The position numbers and the translations under genes were made by a program. The notes under the pieces are model-generated. The model did no database searches and was not told the DNA's origin. It was given only the letters and a program-made list of their open reading frames with translations. This document shows, one piece after another, positions 35,450 through 42,843 of a stretch of DNA of 42,843 nt (positions are counted from its first letter, which is position 1; each line of letters starts with the position of its first letter). Source of the DNA: Asterionella formosa (taxonomy: Eukaryota); NCBI GenBank assembly GCA_002256025.1, contig NKIB01014512.1, forward strand, positions 1 through 42,843. Reading direction: 5' to 3'.

Positions 35450-36144
35450 ATGGGGTGCTGTTGCTCTTGCCTGAAAGGCGACGGGTCATCCGCATCTACG
35501 ATGGAATCCGAAATGACGTTGAGGAAAAAGGCCGAGGGCAAGGCCATGATGATATCCAAGGTCATGTCTGCTCCAAGTATTGAGATCGAATCTTCCTTGA
35601 AGATCGGAGGAAATGGACTCGCCCTTGCTGCGGTCAGCATCGAGCAAGATGCCGCCTACTGGGAATGGCATGTTGAAATTCCATCCGGTGATTCCACTGA
35701 TATTATGTTTGGAGTTGCCACCAAGAAGGATGCCAAGTTCTACAAGAGTCTAGAAGAAGCCGACGGAGATGGTAAGATCGAATTTGCTGGGTTTTCACTT
35801 TTTAAGTTCACAATCAATCAACAAACTAACTCACTTACATTGACTTGCAAGAATCCCCACAAACAAACGGAACAGCGTTGATGAAGAAGGTCCCCATCCA
35901 CGATGATGACACCATTGGCGTTGCTGTACAGCAGTCTGATTTGCCTATGGTGCAATTCCTAGTCAATGGTGAACCGATGCACGAGCTGGCGATCAATCGT
36001 TTCAGAGGGACTGTTTACCCGTCTGTTTTCTTGCCGGCAGGAGAAGGTGTAAAAGTCACTCTAGTGTTTGACGAAAATGACTTTCGACAGTTTTCACCTC
36101 ATGCTCGATTTGGACCAGTGATTTTGGCAACTAGCATTATATGA
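35450..36144 (+). CDS. SPRY-domain protein, SPRYD7-like, with N-terminal acylation motif (exons 35450-35771, 35852-36144)
   Basis: MGCCCSC (myristoyl/palmitoyl type); GNGLALA..IEQDAAYWE, FGVATK, DTIGVA...LP.VQF.VNG and GTVYPSV. The 80-bp phase-1 intron restores GD-E-SP. Confidence 0.82.
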
Positions 36145-36368
36145 AAGGGGGGATGGCTTATGATTTGATCGGGGAAACGTATGCTGGGTGTAAAGCAGTA
36201 AGAGTTTGAATTCGATATGAACAACCCTACCTAGTAGCAACCATTTACAAAACTGCCCATGATTCAATAAAGAATATACAAGATATTTCTATCTTGAGCA
36301 AAAGGATCTAGCATCCAACGACTCAATCAACACATGTAAAAATTGCAATCAATCCTCGTTGCAGAATT

Positions 36369-36803
36369 CTATCCAAAGAACTTCTTCGCTATGGCCATTC
36401 CCAACGCTGCAGCCCCCACACTTCCTACGTTATTAACTATGACATACTGCATAGCTCTCATTGTCTCTCCCTTCGCTAACCAGTTCACAACGTCGCAAGA
36501 AAACGTAGAAAAAGTAGTAAACGATCCACAGAATCCAACGCCCATCATCAACTTCGTCCGAGGTTTCATTCCCGGCATATTTGGAAGAGCCGACACTGGA
36601 GCTTGTGAGATTGTTCCAAGAGTAAATGATCCGGTAATGTTAATTGCTGCTGTGTGCCACCCTGTGTACGCTCCAAAGCGCTTGGGATCCTGAGCAATCT
36701 TTTCAGCTGCCATGTGTCCGATTCGAAACCGACAAAAGGCTCCACAAAAAGCACCAACACCGAGTGCAGCTGCATCTGCAGCTAACGGGGTGAGAATTGT
36801 CAT
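36369..36803 (-). CDS. crcB: Fluc/CrcB fluoride exporter (single 4-TM domain)
   Basis: GAFCGAFCRF, TAAINITGSFTLG and GVGFCGSFTTFSTF signature; 144 aa. Confidence 0.9.
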   Translation of the reverse strand: MTILTPLAADAAALGVGAFCGAFCRFRIGHMAAEKIAQDPKRFGAYTGWHTAAINITGSFTLGTISQAPVSALPNMPGMKPRTKLMMGVGFCGSFTTFSTFSCDVVNWLAKGETMRAMQYVIVNNVGSVGAAALGMAIAKKFFG

Positions 36804-39385
36804 GCTTCGTTATACAAGAAAGGAGCAACCAACAATCAACAGGCGGAGAGAGTCTTCTAGACTGATACCCTGGCACCCTGGTACCATGCCTCAGGTACTG
36901 TACTGCAGGTATATCTATCATTACTATGCCGATTTGTTATCATCTACCGGTGTCATACCACCTCGAAAGCCTCAGGGCTATATATAATTTTGAGCTTGTC
37001 AAATGGTGTACCGGTAATTCATTGTTACATATAAATAGTACCTGGTACCAGTTACCGGTACTCGCGTACCAAGTACCAGGTAGCTTACTAAATGTTCATC
37101 ACATGTTGATGGAATTTTAAGTTCTTGAGTTGGTATCTACATGATTGAGTACCATTGACAGGTAGTGTACCAGATACCATGCACTAGGTGGGTGGGTGTA
37201 CAAGGTAGCTCGTACAACCAAGATGTCACACCCACTAAAAGATATACACCCTGGAAATTGAAAAGAAAAAACTCACCATTGCTTTGTCAAACTTGCTGAC
37301 TTCGAAATCATTCCTGATAAAAACGGAAGACCGTTTGCAGCACTGCTGACCTCGAAAGCAAGCCCCGTGTAGAAATAACCACATCTTTTTGCTCTGCATA
37401 AGCACTGCTTCACTTCTTGTGTGCACTAAACACTGGTTATGTAGCAGGCTATGCACTCCAGTACCAAAAACCCCTGCAACACACATAATCGAAAGCAGGT
37501 GAACACTTAGCATTAGCTAGGAACAAGGCTGCAAATGCTTGTACCAGTGATTAAACAAGCAGGTCCTGCCACTTTTTCTTGGACTTGGCAAAAAATTGCT
37601 TGTGCATTATTTCATACTATTCTTGTGATGATTCATTTCATTTCAGGAGTTTTTTAGAAACACTGTCTTATTGTCCTTGTCTATAACATATGCCGAGAAA
37701 AGTATGAATTGCCCAAGAAATGACAAAATGCATACAAAGGTGATTTCGCCAACCTCATGAACAAAATTGACACCCGCATAAATTGTATCTTGGCTTGAGG
37801 AAATGCTCAATGTCAATGTAAAATTCCAATTTTCATTTGTCATCCCTCGCCAGTAAACCAAAATGTTGCAAGTGTCTCTTTTCCGTCGTCTACATTTTTC
37901 CCCAGAATTTATGGGGAATCAACCAGAAATGAAGAAAGACATGAAAGAAAACATTTCATCATGATGCACCAGAGTGAACACCTTGCTTTGTTCTAAAACG
38001 TTTTTGTGGTTAAATATTTAATTGGCAAAAACGATATATCAAAATTTCGTAATGATGGAGAATGAAATGTTTTAACTCAATCAGTTGATTTTCTCAATAA
38101 TAAATCCAGGTGTATACTTATTATTATTCTAGTAGAAGTCTAGTAGGTCATCCAGGACTGCATGGGCTTTTAGGAGAAACCATTGGCTGTGTCCTCTTCA
38201 TCCTGTCATATTTGTTCAAAGTCACACCTGTAGCCTCGGATATTGGTCTGGACGAAAATATTAACAAGATTTTACATTCTTGTGGTACAAGAGGAAATCA
38301 TGGCTGCGCCAAGATTTTTGGCCATCTAAGTTCCTATAAAAACATTCAGCACCACAGTGAATAATATGTTTTCATTATGGGAGAACCCTTTCAACCAGCA
38401 TCCGCTTATCAGCTGCCTCACCATTAACAAATCCTTGCTTCATCAACTCACGTGGTTGTTGCTTAACAGCGCACAATTGGGCCATATTCTCCCTGGCAAA
38501 AAAGGCTGAACACGAAGTACAAGAGTTGAAACGCCACTTTCGCCGCATCATATACCATGACATGTGTCCTGAGAGGTTATAAGGGATTGTGGAATGGTGT
38601 ACACATCCAAACACTTATCAAGACCATCAAATAAAGGTTGTACGCCCATTGAAACTAGTACTGGTGAAACACCAGAGCGATATATCTGAGTTCCTCGAGT
38701 TTGAATATTATTCATTTATGAAATACCATGATCTCTAATCTGGTGAAACAGAATTGAACTTGGAAGATGGATTCTTGTGGTTGACAACTTTGACCAGGCG
38801 ATTTGTTATGATATTCTAAAGCCAAGCAAACGGTCGTAGTATTGTTACATATTCAGCTGTTTGTCCATTGATGAACAAAGAATGGTTGGATGAGAGAGAG
38901 AAGGAAATACCAAATGAATTTGATAAGCAAATCAATTAAACAATGTTATAATAAATTTGATAAAACCTTGATTCATGAGGCCGCCATAATTATGCTGAGA
39001 AAGAACCCTTTATCATTCACCATCACGACACCGATGAGCATCCAGATGATTCTGTAACATCTGAAAATATAAGATCAGATCAGGCTCACTATCCAGATGA
39101 AATGATCAATACACACTGGTAATGCTCCCTCATGGTGACCGCCATGATCTTGCCAAGGTCATCAGATTGACGCAAAAAATGGATGGTAACTTTATTGGAT
39201 GAAAAAACAGTCCATTACAAAAGATTCTGAAAATGCACAATGGGTAAGTGAGGGGAATTAGTGTCTATTTACGCGATGCGAAATTTCTAGCTAGTTACCT
39301 AAAGAATAAGGAGTGTATTGTTGAATGTTTATATGTAAGTCTATATTAAACTACAAAATTACAAAATGAGGACCTAATCAAGATT

Positions 39386-39647
39386 CCATAGAAATAGGAA
39401 TCACGGCAATCAATGTGTACATGAAACTAAGTACAAGAAAATATGTTTAGCTATTGTTTTGCATTTTGAGCTGTTGCACCCTATCTGAGATTTCACTTTC
39501 TCAAGTTTTCTCATCAATTCGTACATTAGATAATTATCATCTAGAATATGCTTTCTTTCAAGTGAGCCATTGCGGATTCAATGGTGCCTCCCATTTGGAT
39601 ATACCATAGAATTAGGAACTACGACAATCAATGTGTACATGAAACTA
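39386..39647. repeat. Two 44-bp direct repeats (39386-39429, 39604-39647) inside the insertion in the Copia remnant
   Basis: CCATAGAA.TAGGAA..ACG.CAATCAATGTGTACATGAAACTA occurs twice. Confidence 0.85.
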
Positions 39648-40166
39648 CTAATTACAATGGAAGTTGAAGAAATATGACATGAACAAGAATAAAATGGGTG
39701 AGGACTTCAAGGCTAATAGGAGAAGTCCATGAGTTCCTTTAGTTCCTTGTCTTTGCATGTGAGTTCATGATTTTTAAATGGATTGTCATGTACAAAGAGA
39801 AGAAATTCTCAACTGCGTGGTGGTTGAAAGAATGGCGTCCAACCATTCATACAAGAATTGAAGTGAATGATTCTAATTTTGAAGTGGTTTACCTGTTCTT
39901 GACTCATGGATATTCACCATCGAATTACAAGATGAGGAACACCCAAAATATTACTTTCAACACATTTGCTGCGCAAATTTATTCCAAAATAGATGAAGAA
40001 GGCGAACCAAACTTCATCTTTAAAGAGACTATAAATCACTGTAAAGCAAAAATGCATCTGATAAGATTGATCAATATCTTAAATTTGGTAGGGTCAATTT
40101 TAAGAAAAAGAAACCATTGGATGGTACTGGAAGAGGAGTGGATTGATGGTTCTACATCTTGGATTC

Positions 40167-40451
40167 GGGAATGGCTTAGTGGTTAGATCACCTTCTGCGG
40201 TGGCGGGTTAGATTCCTGAATTCTCCACCTTTTTTCATGTAGTCCCTATGGATCCGGGGGGGGGNNNNNNNNNNCCCCCACCCCCCCACCCCCCCCCCCC
40301 CCCCCCCGCACTGACGAAAAGAACGGTCTGGTTGTACTGTGTGTATGGACAAATAAAACCAGTACTAGCTAATTGTGTCCAGCCATTCATTTGGACCTGA
40401 GTGCGATTATTGGATAGCTTTTAAGTACTATAAAGCTTAATTGACATTTTT
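40167..40451 (+). mobile_element. tRNA-derived SINE-like element with 20-bp target-site duplication
   Basis: TGGTTCTACATCTTGGATTC is duplicated at 40147-40166 and 40452-40471. A-box TGGCTTAGTGG (40172-40182), B-box-like GGTTAGATTCC (40206-40216), acceptor-like GGGAAT/ATTCTC and a T-rich tail. 10-N gap at 40265-40274. Confidence 0.72.
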
Positions 40452-40770
40452 TGGTTCTACATCTTGGATTCTATTAAAATACCTAAAGGAGTCCAAGTAA
40501 ATTGAAATACCATCATTTTAGCCTTGGTTTTCTTTAATAATTACCATCCTGGAATCAAAACAATAAAAGTTGTGACTTTGGGCACTGGAACGCAGGGAGA
40601 AGGGTGGATACATTCCCTCTAGTGGAAGTCAGGCAATTACTCCTCTTTCTTGATGTCTGCGTTTTCTGTTGTGCTGTGATAATTATCTTTCTACTATCAT
40701 CTTATCAACCCTGGAAAAAATTTGATAGCTTATTTTGAACTTTTTGTGGAAGAGGAGTTGGTACCAGTCA

Positions 40771-41515
40771 TCACCAGAATGCTTGCTCCCCTTGTCCCCT
40801 CTCCCCCTTGCTTAGTGTTGATGTGCAGGGAATGAAAATCCGAGTAGATTGCTGTCCCATTTTTGCCAACGCTGCCAATTCCTGGAACAGAAATTCTGCC
40901 TTCAAAATAAATCTCAGTTTTGTGCCCTTTCTCAACTTGAGGAGCTTTTTCAGTGGGTGCTTGAATAAGTGAGTGTCCCTGATGCAGATCTTAAAGCGCT
41001 GTGATTCTTTTGTCAACGACTGCACTATTATCTTGTTCTTTTCACTGTTTTTGAGAGCGTTTTTTCTGTCCTCCCATGCTGTACTAGTTGCTAAAACCTA
41101 TGTTTGCTCTATCACTGTAGCTGTGCCAGCCACTGTTGCTTCTTCTGATTCCTCTGAGGTTGCTGATCACCACCAATTGGAGAATTCTTCAAATATAATA
41201 TTTGCTATTTGCCTGATTTACTTCCTTTAGAAGTGAAGCAAATACTGGATCTTTTTGTTGTGCAAGTTTAATGTTTCTTGTCTTTTTCAAAGTGTATTCT
41301 TCAGCAGTATCTTTTGCCTGCGCCAGTTTGGCAGCAAAATCTTCTTTGTTATCACTGTCATTGTTAGATGCATTGATTTGAGCACCTTTCTGCATTTTTC
41401 CTTTGATTGCTTTGCCGCCTTTTGCTGCTATGGAACTGCATTTGCGTGTAGTGTACGTCGCATGTTGCTTGCCTGGAGCCTTGTGGCCAGTGGTGTTTGA
41501 TTGAGTTTTTGCCAT
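40771..41515 (-). pseudogene. Degenerate ORF starting with a histone H3 N-terminal-tail-like sequence
   Basis: MAKTQSNTTGHKAPGKQHATYTTRKC resembles H3 STGGKAPRKQLATKAARKS. It continues into non-histone K/E-rich sequence with stops and frameshifts. Confidence 0.55.
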
Positions 41516-42550
41516 AGTGATGGTGGCTTTTTGAAGAGGTGCCCCAAAAGGGAACCTAGAAGCCTTTGTAGGTTCACTACCAGAAGATTCCTTACTGCTT
41601 GATAATTGCACTATGATAGTCTTTATTGGGAATGGCTTGCTCAGTTGGGTGGGCACATTGCCTTTGATTTGAATTTGTGTGCTTCGATTCCCGCAATTTT
41701 TTTGAGAAGCAATTGTTGGGTTCGACTCCCACATTCCTTCCTGTCCCACACAGTCTTGCCTGGTATGCAAGGAAAAGTGGGTTGCCCCCTACAAGCTTTG
41801 TGTCACCTTCCTAGGAGGTTGGAGTTTCCCCTCATGCTGCAGCTAAGATGATGTTGGGGCTCACCTATGCCAACAAAACTAAGGAAGCTCACAGACTTGT
41901 CTGAGGCAGTGCTATGCGATTCCACTTGTAACTCTGTGGTCTTATAAAGCGCATTATAAGTGACTTTCAATATGACAGTCTTTATTCTGCTCTCCTTTAT
42001 GCTTAGCAAAAAAGTGAATACATTCTTGTATATGTTGACAATATACTGTGAATTTCACATGCTCCTGGTACAATCCTTAAACAATTACAGAATGAACCAT
42101 TCCTGTCAGACTTCAAGATTCCATGTGTTGCAAATGTATGCTGTGGTGATTACAAGGTCACACTGATATCGTCAGTGTTCCCTTGAGCAGACTGTTTTAA
42201 TCTTGGGTCAGTATGAACTGTCCAAGCAAATCAGTCATGTTTGTATTTGTGCCTTCATTCCATTGATATATTCATCTATGTATATGAACCAAATATATGT
42301 ATGCGTTTGGTGTCATGTGTGATGATGTGTTCTCATGAATGCTTTTATGTAGCTTTAGCATTGACTCCTTATAATTTTATTCTTTGCTGTTCTGTTGAAC
42401 TTCATTGTTTCTTGTTTGTTTGCATTCGATCTCCCCTCCAGTTTGATCTCGTCATGAGATCTTATCAATAATACCAAACCACAAAAACGTTGCAAAACAC
42501 ACAACACAATTCATTTAGCTGTGCCAGTATTCTGTAGTGTTAATACCTGG

Positions 42551-42843
42551 TTATGTTGGACGTTTAATGGTTTTTTGAGTGGTAGGTCTACGACTTGTAG
42601 GCCCTTGAGTTGGGACCTTCGATGTGGGTACACCCGTGGGCATTCGAGTTGGTGCTCTAGTTGTTGGCTTACCAGTGGGCATTCGAGTTGGTGCATTTGT
42701 TGTAGGCATCCCAGTGGGCATTTGAGTAGGTGCATTTGTTGTTGGCATACCAGTGGGCATTTGAGTTGGTGCATTTGTTGCGGGCATACCAGTGGGCATT
42801 CGAGTTGGTGCATTTGTTGTGGGCATAGCAGTGGGCGTTCGAG
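42551..42843 (-). CDS. 3' end of a Pro/Thr-rich repeat (mucin/cell-wall-like) protein, truncated by the window edge
   Basis: 39-bp tandem units (~42636-42843) encode PTTNAPT(R/Q)MPTGM, a PTxxPT stalk typical of secreted diatom proteins. It could be a pseudogene, given the decayed surroundings. Confidence 0.6.
   Translation of the reverse strand, partial: RTPTAMPTTNAPTRMPTGMPATNAPTQMPTGMPTTNAPTQMPTGMPTTNAPTRMPTGKPTTRAPTRMPTGVPTSKVPTQGPTSRRPTTQKTIKRPT

Larger units (their letters stand above)
38270..40510 (+). mobile_element. Degenerate Ty1/Copia (diatom CoDi-type) LTR retrotransposon fragment: integrase and downstream pol region, interrupted by two insertions
   Basis: Frameshifted pieces: TRGNHGCAKIF, PYSPWQ/KAEHEVQELKRHFRRI..CPERL, TPIETSTGETP/DISEFLEF, GRW, LPHGDRHDLAKVI, DGNFIG*KNS | PVLDSWIFTIELQD, NTFAAQIYSKIDEEG, W.DGSTSWI | LLKYLKES. 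No LTRs or RT seen. Confidence 0.82.

Noticed and set aside
36804..37100. Fluoride riboswitch upstream of crcB
   Set aside because: No GGCGATGG..CGCC/GCTGATG-type motif seen; the region is palindrome-array DNA.
37300..37560. Cys-rich Kazal-like secreted protein relic on the minus strand (AKCSPAFDYVCC..NQC)
   Set aside because: Requires frameshifts and the Cys spacing is unconvincing.
40167..40229. Functional tRNA gene
   Set aside because: The anticodon/variable region is about 11 nt too short and TTC is mutated to TTA; better explained as a SINE head.
40255..40308. Poly-G/poly-C tract as a G-quadruplex or hairpin
   Set aside because: It flanks a 10-N gap, so homopolymer length and sequence are unreliable.
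40311..40345. CTGACGA (CTGAAGA in the 33.5-kb copy) as a hammerhead ribozyme core
   Set aside because: No stem II followed by GAAA and no stem III/UH could be built.

Overview
Eukaryotic, almost certainly diatom (stramenopile) genomic DNA, judged from short GT-AG introns, a DUF6824 protein, a Tic22-like protein with an ER signal peptide, a CoDi-type Copia remnant and PTxxPT repeats. Thirteen intact protein genes are supported: Tic22-like, membrane-anchored GMC oxidoreductase, histidine-phosphatase-like, dual-specificity phosphatase, WRKY19-like Zn finger, large CHD remodeller, DUF6824, coiled-coil, UNC-93-like MFS, macrodomain, GH28, SPRYD7-like and Fluc/CrcB. A Pro/Thr-repeat gene is cut by the window end. 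The genes are separated by AT-rich, CpG-poor repeat debris, and there are two N gaps. Most notable observations: (1) non-coding DNA is full of TA-CC(W)GG-TA palindromes and their tandem arrays, which match the TA target plus CCWG...CWGG termini of a MITE family present in this window and so look like iterated Tc1/mariner excision footprints; (2) a tRNA-derived SINE-like element with a 20-bp target-site duplication sits inside the Copia remnant, with a 5'-truncated second copy; (3) a decayed ORF begins with a histone H3 tail mimic; (4) a single-domain Fluc; (5) a GH28 with a transmembrane hairpin near its C-terminus; (6) a canonical PIP box on the CHD protein. All family calls are by eye from motifs; no searches were run.
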